A stretch of DNA of 63,758 bases, filler included, from Folioceros fuciformis (Eukaryota), in assembly GCA_049999805.1 (NCBI GenBank). It is 8 parts of 8 records of this genome, joined end to end, with 100 filler letters (N's around TTAATTAATTAA, not from the genome) between each part and the next. Parts side by side here need not be neighbours in the genome. Positions count along the whole stretch, not along the records: positions 1 to 27,648 come from JBNGIO010005884.1; 7 more parts are not named here. One strand, given 5' to 3'. This document shows, piece by piece, positions 1 through 10,485 of the stretch. Positions within the stretch are counted from its first letter, which is position 1, and the number at the start of each line of letters is the position of its first letter. The notes beneath the pieces were generated by a model. That model worked only from the letters and a program-made list of their open reading frames with translations, was not told where the DNA came from and made no database searches. The position numbers were made by a program, and so were the translations under genes.

Positions 1-488
1 GCCCATGGTTGCCCATTTGTAGGTTGTTCATCTGATGAAGATTCTGAATCTTCATCAATTATGAGCGGCCATGGTAGTTCACTTGCACCTGCCCAGGGTT
101 GTCCATCACTCCATGCTAGTTCACTTGCACCTGCCCAAGGTTGTCCATCACTCCATGGCTGTTCACTTGCACTAGTCCATGGTTGTTCCCTTGCACAGGC
201 TGTGCATGGCTGTTTACTTGCTTCAATCCATGGTTGATCATCTCTAATTTGTGCATAAAGTTCCATAGACCATGGTTGTCTACATGCTATTATAGCTTCT
301 TCATGACTTGCACTCCATTGTCGTTCGATAACTTCAATCCTATGTGGTTTGCCACGAATGGTTTGTTCACAGATTGTGTTGCATGGTTGTTGATGACTAG
401 CATCTGTGCAAGTCTTATCCCACATCGCTTCATTAGCTTGGTTAAGAATTTCGCTCACCAATTTGTCTTCCCCAAGGTTACGCTCCAT
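1..488 (-). CDS. Intronless ORF running off the left window edge, encoding a (Q/E)QPW-repeat protein of unknown function; possibly decayed or TE-derived
   Basis: Manual translation from ATG at 488 is stop-free to base 1: MERNLGEDKLVSEIL...RQPW...DQPW...EQPWTSASEQPWSDGQPWAGASELAWSDGQPWAGASELPW...GQPW. Contains a 42-nt tandem duplication (about 74-157). Absent from the ORF track because no stop lies inside the window. Confidence 0.4.
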   Translation of the reverse strand, partial: MERNLGEDKLVSEILNQANEAMWDKTCTDASHQQPCNTICEQTIRGKPHRIEVIERQWSASHEEAIIACRQPWSMELYAQIRDDQPWIEASKQPCTACAREQPWTSASEQPWSDGQPWAGASELAWSDGQPWAGASELPWPLIIDEDSESSSDEQPTNGQPW

Positions 489-1038
489 TTTGGATCAAGG
501 AAGCTCGATTTCAGACACTTAGTAGGGAAGCTAAGCAATATCCTCTCAAAAGGTGTTGCCCTTTGCCTTTCTTGAAGCGTAACAACACAAGTAGCTAGGT
601 TCACAATCTATATGCACTATGTAATCTCAAGAAGACATCAAGATGATAAACTTAATTGTGAGCTTGCAAAATAACCTAGAACGTCTACTTGTATTGATAA
701 AATAATATCATGTACAACACACATATATAGTATATGTAGCTCATTTACATATGATGGTATGTCATTTTGACATGATATCGAGCTTTAATAAAGTATGCCT
801 ATAAAGTTTGTGGACAAAAAGGTATTACATATCTTCAGTTTCCCACGGGGATGGGATATGCAATGGATGGCAGTGGGACAAAGTATCCACACGGTTTGAA
901 AGAACTTCATATGCAAAGCACATTCACAGTGTGTACATTACTGTGGAGCGATGCTGTACAAAAGGCATTTCGCTAAACTACGCGCTCTCTGTTCGGACAA
1001 TATGTGATTCCGAACGCGCTTGCTTCTATCGAGTTATC

Positions 1039-1138
1039 GGCCGTGTCGCAGCCGTAGTCGCCGGGGTATTCTCCCTTCAGATAGCTCGGGGGCTCGCCGG
1101 AGAACGGGCCCATGTATTTGGGCCTGTCTGGGCCGTAC
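1039..1138 (-). pseudogene. Isolated fragment of a major LHCII chlorophyll a/b-binding gene (Lhcb1/Lhcb2 type)
   Basis: Encodes [33 protein letters not shown], matching the conserved LHCII N-terminal WYGPDR.KYLGPFS...PSYL.GE.PGDYGWDTAG. Preceded by an acceptor-like ttgtAG. Similarity ends abruptly after DTA. Confidence 0.9.
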
Positions 1139-1531
1139 CTACAAGCAAGATCCGTGTTCCTTGATTTAGATCGCGTTGCATGTCTCATGGCTGGCTAGCT
1201 CGATGCATTCAAGAACGAACAGGTCTGGACGATTGCATCCCATGGTCTAGGTGAGAGGGTAACAAACGCAGCTCATTGAGGAGGAGCAAAGCACTTGGAC
1301 GCGAGTAATGGAGCAAAGGAAACTTGAGGTGTATGAGTGAACCGAGGAGAAAAGATTGCAAGCTAACTCTGAATTTGGGCGTGGAGTGGTCTAGGCAATG
1401 ATCGGCATATCTCTTGGGACCCGAAGTCTTAGTTTAGCTATCATAGAGGCAGCCCATATCAAGAAAGGGCGGGTAGAACTTACACAACATTCATTTCTCA
1501 ACAACAAAGGGTTGAACATATGGTTTCTAGT

Positions 1532-1745
1532 TCATGAGTTCATCTCATTCCTCCATAACATGTGCATCAAGATGTCTCTCAACCAGTGACCTTCGGCACT
1601 CTCGGGCCCAGTTGCCATGAAGTTTTGATGCATGCCATCTTCTTCGTCGTCCTCCTCGCCTGCCAATATTCTTGGATCTATCTCATCACCACGATCTATC
1701 CTAATGTTGTGCAGTAGCACACATGCATAAGTCAACGCATTGAAG
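1532..1745 (-). mobile_element. PIF/Harbinger DDE transposase C-terminal fragment
   Basis: YACVLLHNIRIDRGD, an acidic tract, then GHWLRDILMHMLW. This is the AC..LHN...R..L tail typical of Harbinger/HARBI1 transposases. Confidence 0.7.
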
Positions 1746-1812
1746 TAGTCGATGTTGCCTCGCCACACCCTCCTACCTAGTAAGGTCCAGAGATTCCACG
1801 AATTTCATTCCA

Positions 1813-1929
1813 CTTTGCCGTGGGAGCATCCGCAAAGCTAAGCTAGGCTTTGACGGCGGTGGCTAAGAAGCAAAAATCACCGCCCCTGGTCGAGGCACCG
1901 ACTAGGGAAGGTCCCGGGCTGGAATCACT
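1813..1929. repeat. 117-bp GC-rich multi-hairpin direct repeat, copy 1
   Basis: Matches 4219-4335 with 3 substitutions by eye. Confidence 0.9.
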
Positions 1930-2009
1930 TAGGTAAGGGTCAGTAGCGATAGAAGCTAGCGTTCCTTGGCACAAATCATTCCCTTGGGAGCGAATCATAC
2001 GACTACGAC

Positions 2010-2839
2010 GACCAAGGTAGATTTCATGTGAACTCTCTCCAAATATGAAATTTGGTTCCACTAAAACGGTTACCTTCCTTTAATTCAGGGGTAAAAATAG
2101 GTGTTGAAACAGGAGGAACTAGGACAGGAGTAATCTACGCAAAGGGTATGGAGGGAGGCATAGAAGACGATGCTATAACGAAGCATGTAACCAAGGTAGA
2201 CCAAAAGAAGGTATGTACGAAAAACTTTAGCGTTAAAAAGATAGTTTGGGTTGGGTCGGCGTAAAAGTGACAATACCGGCCAACCAACTAATTCACTAAG
2301 AAATGTCCCTTGAAGTCTTAGGTATGTCCAAGGAAGTTGATAGGGTGCACGAAGGCCTAATCGCTTCAGCCCCTCCAATCTTCGGCAGATAGCAATCAAG
2401 GAACAAGGCCACCAATAGGCCCTTGACGCGAAGAATATTCTGCAGCCTTAGAAGTAAGGTCCGGAGATTCCACGAATTTCATGAGACAACCAATGCCTTG
2501 GTCAATATTACATTGCGTAATGTTGTGCTACAACCTTTTCTCTAAATCGTGAAGGGCCCGATAGAAACAAATCTTGATGCACGCGAAAACTGTCTTCAAA
2601 AATCAGACTCTTGAAATCGTTGTGATGGCTTTTGATACTGCTTTGGCTCTTGCATATGTCTTTTACAAAATACACATCCAGGAGCATAAAACTCGCCAAA
2701 GTTTCTCTAATTCCTATAGCCGTTATGATGAGAGGGAGAGCGAAACACTCCACGACACCGCCGCGCATGTGTGTCGACCAATTCCTTCAAGCGAGGCATA
2801 TTACAAAGAGCATCAACGTACATTAGCTCTAATACCATG
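2010..2839 (-). mobile_element. Ty1/Copia 5' relic (LTR end, tRNA-iMet PBS, decayed gag start)
   Basis: Minus strand ...CA|TGGTATTAGAGC (PBS 2826-2837). Downstream frame reads TPELKEGNRFSGTKFHIWR, resembling TIEFKERDRFNGTKYPVW in the Copia gag at about 40.1 kb. Confidence 0.6.
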
Positions 2840-3138
2840 ATCATAAACGGCGGATGTGCATATCGCAGCTCATGAGGCTGCGCACGCGACAACTAGCCAT
2901 AGCGCAAGCAGGAAGAATGATCGTGATTAATTTTAAATGAAGTTATTTTTACACTAAGGTATTTACATGCTAATCCTAATAGCAGTAAGGTAAAACATAT
3001 TTAACCAGTGAAGGGTTACTTTCTTAACGTTTGGGCCCACGGCTGACAACAAAGAAAGGTTCTAGGTCGCTAGCAACTGAGTTTGGCAGGTGACGACTAA
3101 GACTCGGAGGACACGGTAGTCCTCAAACGTACCAGCTT

Positions 3139-3177
3139 CAGTTGATAGGGAACTTAGTTGATAGGGAACTTAGTTGA
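3139..3177. repeat. 16-bp tandem repeat (about 2.4 copies)
   Basis: agttgatagggaactt agttgatagggaactt agttga. Confidence 0.85.
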
Positions 3178-3289
3178 AAGCACATTCGATGAGACCCCGT
3201 TCTTGCCATCTTTGTTTTCATAATGAGTTTTTCCAATCATATTTATTATAAATTAATTTTGTCTTTACATCAACTTTGACACAAAAGCA

Positions 3290-3790
3290 TTAGTTGTGTT
3301 TGTGTTTGAAGGTGCAATCTTGAGGATTCTTGCACCACCCACTCAAAAAGTCTCTACAGATTGCTACATTATCGTCAGTTTTGATGTGCCTATACGCACA
3401 TTCTTCTCTACTGCAAAGTCCACCTTGAAGAAAGTATTTGCAATCAATCATCCTTTGTACTAGGAGGAGATGATTGTCATTTGTGGAGCTATTCATTTCT
3501 TCTTTGGTAGGAATGCTTGATTTTACACACGCTTTGCCACCTTCCTCTTCTAGTATTAGAAGACTTAATTTCTTTCTAGTCGGATGTCCACGTTTGAAGT
3601 ACTTTCTTCCACCAAGATGAACAATCTTGTAAGGAGAGGTGCTCAAATGACATTTACTGATCATAAGATTGTCAACCTTTTCGGGAGAAGTTCTCCCACC
3701 GTTTGCAGAAATCCTTACCCATGTGTGCGAGTTAAGACAACGTCTTGGCAATGCATATTTGTTCTTGGCTGTCCACTTCAAGCTCACCAT
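3290..3790 (-). CDS. Small intronless tandem CCCH zinc-finger protein (166 aa), copy A
   Basis: C-terminal C-x8-C-x4-C-x3-H and C-x7-C-x5-C-x3-H fingers. TATATATA about 50 nt upstream. Aligns end to end with 61051-61596. Confidence 0.75.
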   Translation of the reverse strand: MVSLKWTAKNKYALPRRCLNSHTWVRISANGGRTSPEKVDNLMISKCHLSTSPYKIVHLGGRKYFKRGHPTRKKLSLLILEEEGGKACVKSSIPTKEEMNSSTNDNHLLLVQRMIDCKYFLQGGLCSREECAYRHIKTDDNVAICRDFLSGWCKNPQDCTFKHKHN

Positions 3791-4218
3791 TTTCTAAGAT
3801 AATGTTTTGATACTTGAAGAGATAGTCGTGCACTCTATATATAGTGTAGGTATTGAGTCAAGAGTGACAAAGGCCAAGGAAACAAAAAGGCATCACACAA
3901 ACTTCCTTGGGTTATGAAATCACTTGTACATCATATCTATAAGTTTTCACCAACCGTACGTGCTCGATATCTTTTGTTGGATGCCTGCGCTGTTTTGAAA
4001 ACATGTGACCGTGATGGATGTGAGATTGGTGGCTGTTTTTAAGACCTGGTGGGTATGCGCGATGTCTGCAGGTCGCGGAGTTTGTACAAACAACTCTAAA
4101 CCGTAAATTGATAAGATCAGGACGTATGAGCTCCACGCCGAGCTCAAACATCCTCATGTCCTTCAAACGCACTCACCGGAGTCGATTTCGAATGTGCGAC
4201 TTTTCTTGGACGTTGTTG

Positions 4219-4335
4219 CTTTGCCGCGGGAGCATCCGCAAAGCTAAGCTAGGCTTTGACGGCGGTGGCTAAGAAGCAGAAATCACCGCCCCTGGTCGAG
4301 GCACCGACTAGGGAAGGTCCCAGGCTGGAATCACT
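4219..4335. repeat. 117-bp GC-rich multi-hairpin direct repeat, copy 2
   Basis: Matches 1813-1929, offset 2406 bp. Confidence 0.9.
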
Positions 4336-5110
4336 ACGCGCGGCTCAACGTACTTATGAGTTTTCTGCTCTTACTGTGTCACGAAGTCTCTTTCACCAGC
4401 GAGAACGGCGTGCGCACGCATATCATTTGATACCATCCTTACACATGGGGCCAAAATCTCGACGCAAGACGACATGTGGTGGAACGGCCCTTGCTCTTAT
4501 GCTGGAGTGGGAACGCAGCCTAATTCTTCTTACATAGGTTCGGGGATACCATGCAATTTCTCGGGCGTTTCTGTAGATAAGAGTTCACGATCCCGTCGCC
4601 TACCATGTCGTCCATAATCCGTGTCGGCTATCGTCACATCAGTCAGGACTGACAAGCCTTCATACGTTGACTCCGAGCAAGAATGAGGCCCCTCGAGGGC
4701 GAGGCGAGCTGGGCCAAGAAGGCCGAGCTCGGTTGCCCGACTGAAACGAGGCCACTTCATTCCTTGAAACCAAGTCCGAAGTTCTTTTCCTCGTCACATT
4801 CTGACTGCTTTTCGTTCGCCCCTTCACCCCGTGTCAGCTTCTTTATTTGTCCTATTTATCCAGCTATTTCTCTTTTTCAATCTAGATGTTTATTTGTTCT
4901 TGTTATTTATCGAGTTTCTTTTTCTAATATAGTTATGTAGGATATCTTTACATTTCCCTACTTTAGGTGTTCAAGCAAAGGAGAAATACATACAGTATAC
5001 CCCGCAGGGTACGGTTCCCGATGCCTGAATTGTTATCAGGACACTATGACAAGCAGGCCACAACCTCTGTGGATGGAGCAGAGGAGTTGACAGCCAGGGT
5101 CAGCCTTCAC

Positions 5111-6365
5111 CTAAAAATTATTTTGAGAGGTCGAGCTGAGGCTCGTAGGTGGGCCTGTTTGCAAAATTCTCTTTATCAGATCCATTCCAAACGAGGAGTC
5201 CGAGGAACTGCAACCAACACCCAACATTAAGCAACATGTGATAAAAACAATGCTAAGCAAAACGGGAAAAGAACGAGAGGCAAGACCTGGGAATTGTTAT
5301 CTCGTAAGGGAAGGGGATCGCTTCAGTGTTTAAGATGGGAGGTATGTGATCGTGCTTCTCATCAATGTAGCGTAAAATCTGCATCGTCACTTCCCGTAGA
5401 ACGTTTTCCAGAACTGCGTGCCGCTTGGATCTGTCTTCAACGACTGATTCTGAGCGGCATCAGTTACATAACAAAACTGTTTATTACTCTGGAAGTCCAA
5501 TATAAAGCTTTGTCATAGCTGAGAGGGGGAGACTCGCCGCCATCAACGAGCCCTACGGAATAGATACCTGAATATGGTTTCTTGTGTGATTGCGAGTACT
5601 GCACAACATTGAGCTGCACAGACCACTTCTCCCAGTCCAAACGTTCAACCTTGTTGCCAAACCAAGGTATCTTGGTGTCCTTGGTCTCATAGAAGGAGAG
5701 ACAAACCTGCGGAAAGCTCCGACTTTGAAGGCCTACTGCACGCAGCAGACTGCTATGAGGCATCACAAGTTTCCATGTCGAGATTAGTGTGTTACCTGGC
5801 TTTTCTTGTTTGGGTGTTTCTCAGCCCATGCGACGAACTGGTCAATCTTCTCCTCAATTCTTTTTTCAACATCAGGTTCTCCGCACTGCACCTGAACCAT
5901 GAAAATCAAGCAGATCAACTATCAAAATCATGAAGACCTACTTCTGAAGCTAAAAGCAAACACTGGATGGAAAGGTGCAGACCGACAACTCACATAGGTT
6001 ATTTCAAAAAGCTCTGAGTCGATATCTCGAGGTCGGACTAGCCCAAAAGCGCGGTTGAACATAATGGTGTGCAGGATGCCTGACATGCCACATCGGCACC
6101 ATGACAAGGTGAACCCCTTGCAGCTCTGTTGAATCAGATGCACAACAGGCAAAACAAAACAGCACAATCATTCACAAAAGAATCCGACAACGCACATCTT
6201 AGCACTTCCCGAATTTGGTACTGCTCCACCTCCTGCACGACATGTACAGCAAGCGTCTCATTGCGATTACTCCAGACACAAACCATGGATCCCGAACGGA
6301 ATGCCAAAATTCTGTTACACATTGCGACCTACCAGCTCTTTCAGATTGAACATCTCGCAATTCAT
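5111..6365 (-). CDS. ATG101: Autophagy-related protein 101 (HORMA), multi-exon
   Basis: Exons encode MNCEMFNLKEL / EVEQYQIREVLRC / ILHTIMFNRAFGLVRPRDIDSELFEITY / VCLSFYE...ERLDWEKW / SSDSSFGMDLIKRILQTGPP, all recognisable plant ATG101 segments, with GT-AG introns. Confidence 0.93.
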
Positions 6366-6722
6366 AGTGATAACCAATACGTCAATAACCGGCCGCAAAT
6401 TCCTGTCGCATGCAAGGAGAGGGTCCTCAACATAGCTGCAAACAAGCACCAGCCCCTGGGGCGACAGTAAAAAAAGTCAATCACAAATTCAGATCACGAC
6501 ATCGCCAGCTCCTAGAGTTCTTTGCAGGTGGCCACACCTCCTCTACCAACCAGAGCTCAACACCCTAAGGCTTCCTTGAGAAATTCGAACAACAAAGCAA
6601 TCCCGGCCCGCAGATATCTTGGCTGCTTCCGGACAACCGGTGACAGGCTCTGAGCTTTACGTATGCTAGGGCTGGTCTGCTTGAGTTTCCCCACTCTGAT
6701 CCCCTCTAGTCATCTGACGGGC

Positions 6723-6731
6723 TATATAAAT
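6723..6731 (+). promoter_or_regulatory. TATA box in the ATG101/TRAPPC13 divergent intergenic region
   Basis: CTATATAAA about 110 nt upstream of the TRAPPC13 ATG. Confidence 0.45.
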
Positions 6732-6833
6732 GTTCTCGGGAGATGCTTGTTTGATCGAGCCTTACAAGATTTTTGGGCAAGTTCATGTACTTGATTGTGC
6801 AGACAACAGGATCGCGTGATCCGCTCTGCTGCC

Positions 6834-9433
6834 ATGAGCTCCGTGAGTGGTGGGGGCCATTCTCTGGCATTCAGGGTTATGCGCCTGTGCAGACCTTCGT
6901 TGGCTGTGGATCAGTCCTTGCGACTAGACCCCTTAGATTTCAGCCTAGGTGAAGACGAATGTGCGGATGTCGAATCGGACCCGACAAGCGAGGAGGGCTG
7001 GTGGCGAAGAAATGCTGTGAAGGAACCTGTGGAGTTGTTGGGTCTCTCTGGGCTCATGGTTCTACCACAAACTTTTGGGTGGGTAATCCCATGGGTCCTT
7101 GAATCTGACAGCTCTCTTGAAGGATTTGGTAGAGGGTCATTAGACCTGATAACCCGTAGAAAAATGTGCTGATGATGGAAAAATACCATGTGTTTGACGG
7201 ATATGATGCATTCAGGGGATAGCAGGATGCTGGCCGGTTGTCGTTTCCGATTATATTGAAGCTGTGTGCTGTTCCCTCCGCAGTTCAATTTACCTTGGAG
7301 AAACATTTTGCAGCTACATCAGTGTTGGCAACGGGACAAATCATGATGTCAGAGATGTCGGAATCAAGGTGAGATTGCTCCTCGTTCTAGGAGAGGCAGG
7401 CTGAGGATATGGATGTTTGGTAGGTGTGCACGGCTTGGAAATCGCAATTTTGCTGGGCTGACTGCAGGTACACACTGGATGTCTATGGTGCAGGCTGAGT
7501 TACAGACAGATCGACAAAGGACTGTCCTTGTGGACAACACGAAGAGTCCCATGGATTTCATCAGGTCTGGAGGCCGTTACGACTTTATCATCGAGCATGA
7601 CATCAAGGAATTGGGAGCTCACACGTGAGTCTAGCCATATATCAGTGAAGTACATTCTACACTGTCTTTCACAGCATTGTAAAGGGGTAAATAAGTGAAA
7701 ACATTCTGCGTTGTTTGGTAGGCTTGTATGCATGGCCGTATATACAGACGCAGATGGAGAACGGAAGTATCTTCCTCAGTACTTCAAATTCATGGCCTCC
7801 AACCCTCTTGCAGTTCGAACTAAGGTGATCAGAAGTGTATGGAAGCTGTTAGCAAGATGCAAGCTGCCGTTTTCCTAGCCCAGGCAGTAGCAAAACCTTG
7901 TTCAGTTAGATCAGAGTTCTTTCACCACAGACCTCTTGCTACCATTGCTAACACAGATTGTTTGTCTTGCCAAGGTGCGAACAGTGAAGGTAAATCTCCT
8001 CCGTTGTGTGTTTGATAAATCCTGTGTTAAGGTGTGCAAGTGCCCAAATCTGGATCCATGCAAGAGTCTGAAGGCGTATGATTGTGGTTGCAGGACAGCA
8101 CCTTCTTGGAAGCTTGCATTGAAAACAGCACAAAGTCTCATTTGTTTCTGGACCAAGTTCGCTTTGAACCAGCACCTCCTCTAACTGTGACAGAGGTGGA
8201 GGTGGAACGGCAAGAAGAACCACCTACGGGCCCGCTGAGGTGAGTTACTGGCAGGGGGCCCATTTTCTCAGCGTTGTCAGTGTTAGCTAGATCAGTTTGC
8301 CTGATTGTAAACGACGTGAACTTGCAGGATCTTTCTTGTGCAGGCATTGAGAGTCTGACTGTGGCCATTTCAGTGGATTATTGAAGGATGTCAAGTTGGT
8401 GAAAGCAAATGGAGGCATTCGACACTTCCTATATGAGCTGAAGCGGCCCAAAGTAGACCCAGCGTCTGCAAAAACTGATGGTCGAAACACACTAGGAAAA
8501 CTGGAAATCCTCTGGCGCACAACGTTGGGTGAGCCGGGTCGTCTCCAAACTCAGCAGATATTAGGCAATGTGAGTTGCCCAACAATGATTGCTCATTGGC
8601 TGTGATTGGTTGCTGATTGGATGTGATTTGTGCATGCTCGTTGTTAGCATTGCTTTAATTGCTGTCGTTTGGCGGTCTGAACAGCCTATACCTCAGAGAG
8701 AAGTGGAGTTGCGGATTGCAGAACTGCCCTCTCGAATAATCTTAGAGCGACCTTTCCTGGTGCATTTCGAGACTGCATTTTAAATCTCTCTTTCAACTGG
8801 ATTCTGTGCAGTTATGGTGTTTAACAGCGTAGTCTACATCTTGTTTAAATCAGGTGCGAATTTGTGTGGGAAATCACACGGATCGACATGTTGGACCACT
8901 TAAAATTTCCATGTCCCAAGAAGATGACCAGGGAGTTACCAGGGCAGTTGTCGTGAACGGCCTTTGGAGCTTGGTGAGGTTTCTAGTTTTATACACATGA
9001 CCATCAGACATTCTTTCCAAATGCTTTCCGTCCTGTCGTCTTGCTGAAATCTGTCAGGAAGCTTGTGGCCTGAATGTCTGTGGTGAAGCAGATTGTACCC
9101 GTGCTTGAGCCTTATGCCTCCACAGATTTCAACTTGGTAATCTGCTTACAGCTCTTAGTGAAGCTCCTCCAGTTTTGCCCTATCGTGCAAGTCAAGCTCC
9201 CTTATCTTATATGCGCAAATGCTGATCACAGAGTTTGGTAGCAACAAGCATTGGGGTTCAATGGATAACAGGGATCAGCATTTCTGACACCCGTGATGGG
9301 AAGCCTTACGATACTCTTATGGCAACTGAGGCACGCCTTTGGACCATTCAACTATATTCTTACATGCAAATCCTGCAACTGCTCGTAAGCTCTGATGGCA
9401 CTCTGTTGGCAGGTATTCGTTGAACCAAGCTGA
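6834..9433 (+). CDS. TRAPPC13: Trafficking protein particle complex subunit 13 (DUF974), multi-exon
   Basis: HSLAFRVMRLCRPS; LMVLPQTFG; IYLGETFCSYISV; YDFIIEHDIKELGAHT; YLPQYFKF; LGKLEILWRTTLGEPGRLQTQQI; last exon VFVEPS*. Confidence 0.93.
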
Positions 9434-10485
9434 GGAAAGATTGGAGCAGGTCAATGTAACTCACCAACATTGCCGGCGTCTATCATAACAACGCACCAAC
9501 ATCGCCCCTTGATCCGGGTAAGCCTCCTTCAATTCAGTTCTCCTCTTTCCTCATGGTTCAGTTTCGTGTTGTAGTTTCTAATGATCCAGGAATTTGGCAA
9601 GCAACAGGGGAGGCATGGAGGCAATAGAACCGGAGAAACCGTGAAGACCTTCCAGAGTTGTGAACTTCTTTGTACCATAATAATACTTGATCAATCCTTT
9701 CATCTCTTCCGCTGGGGGGCCTGTGGCCCGTGGGTACAGTTGTGCTGTTTCGCCGGAAAGTATTGAAAATTTGCGAAATGAAGTGAAAGTTGAAATTGAA
9801 AAAGCTGCAAATTTCCTCACCGGAGTCCTTTCGCATCGAAGAACCTCGAATGTTCAACGGCAGATAGGCCTTTATTAGGTTAAAGGCAAGCCCTATCTCA
9901 AATGAATTCTGACACTGGCTTTCTGTTGAACCTTGGCATTGTTCTAGATACTTCGATCGCGTCTTTTTTTACGACGTGTGGTGCCGTTGTAGGGCCAGTT
10001 GCAACAGCTCGACGTAAGCTATTGGCGTCGCTGGGGCTACGAGGTCCTAGTTCTTTCTGGTGAGCCAAGACTTCAAAGTTTTTGCATTTCGTGTAGCAGG
10101 TGTTTGCAATTTGCTTGGTGTTGTAAGGGGTATGTGACAGGCAACCCTGCTGTCCTTCATCTTTCAGCTCGTGCAGCGCCGGCGGTGATTGTAGCATCCG
10201 TCTTATGTTGTGTGAACTATGTCTCGGGATGCCTTTCCTGCGTCCATGGCTCCGCAATTAGGTCCGTTGGCCAAAGTTGGGTGGATGGGCTTGCAAATAT
10301 GACGGATGAGTCTTTTCCGTGTGCCGGGTGTTGGATTTCCCAATGTTCACTGGTGTTAGGCTGTTTTTAATGTGTTCGGGAAGTGGACATCGGCGTAATG
10401 TGGCTGACGTGTGTAATGGGCAGCTTTGGGGCAGGTCTCGTCGTCATATCTGGATCAACTAGGGATCCCGAAATTGGAGCAGAGA

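Noticed and set aside
489-640. In-frame stops as sites of U-to-C RNA editing or readthrough
   Set aside because: Such editing is organellar. Methyl-C deamination explains CAG/CAA/CGA-to-stop changes here and in the TEs.
975-1020. Helitron 3' end after the Lhcb fragment
   Set aside because: Hairpin is present, but the terminus reads GTAG rather than CTRR and no 5' TC end is identifiable; kept only as a hypothesis.
4683-4755. Hammerhead ribozyme (ATGAGGCC...GGCCAAGAAGGCCGA...CTGAAAC)
   Set aside because: No CUGANGA core correctly placed before a stem II followed by GAAA.
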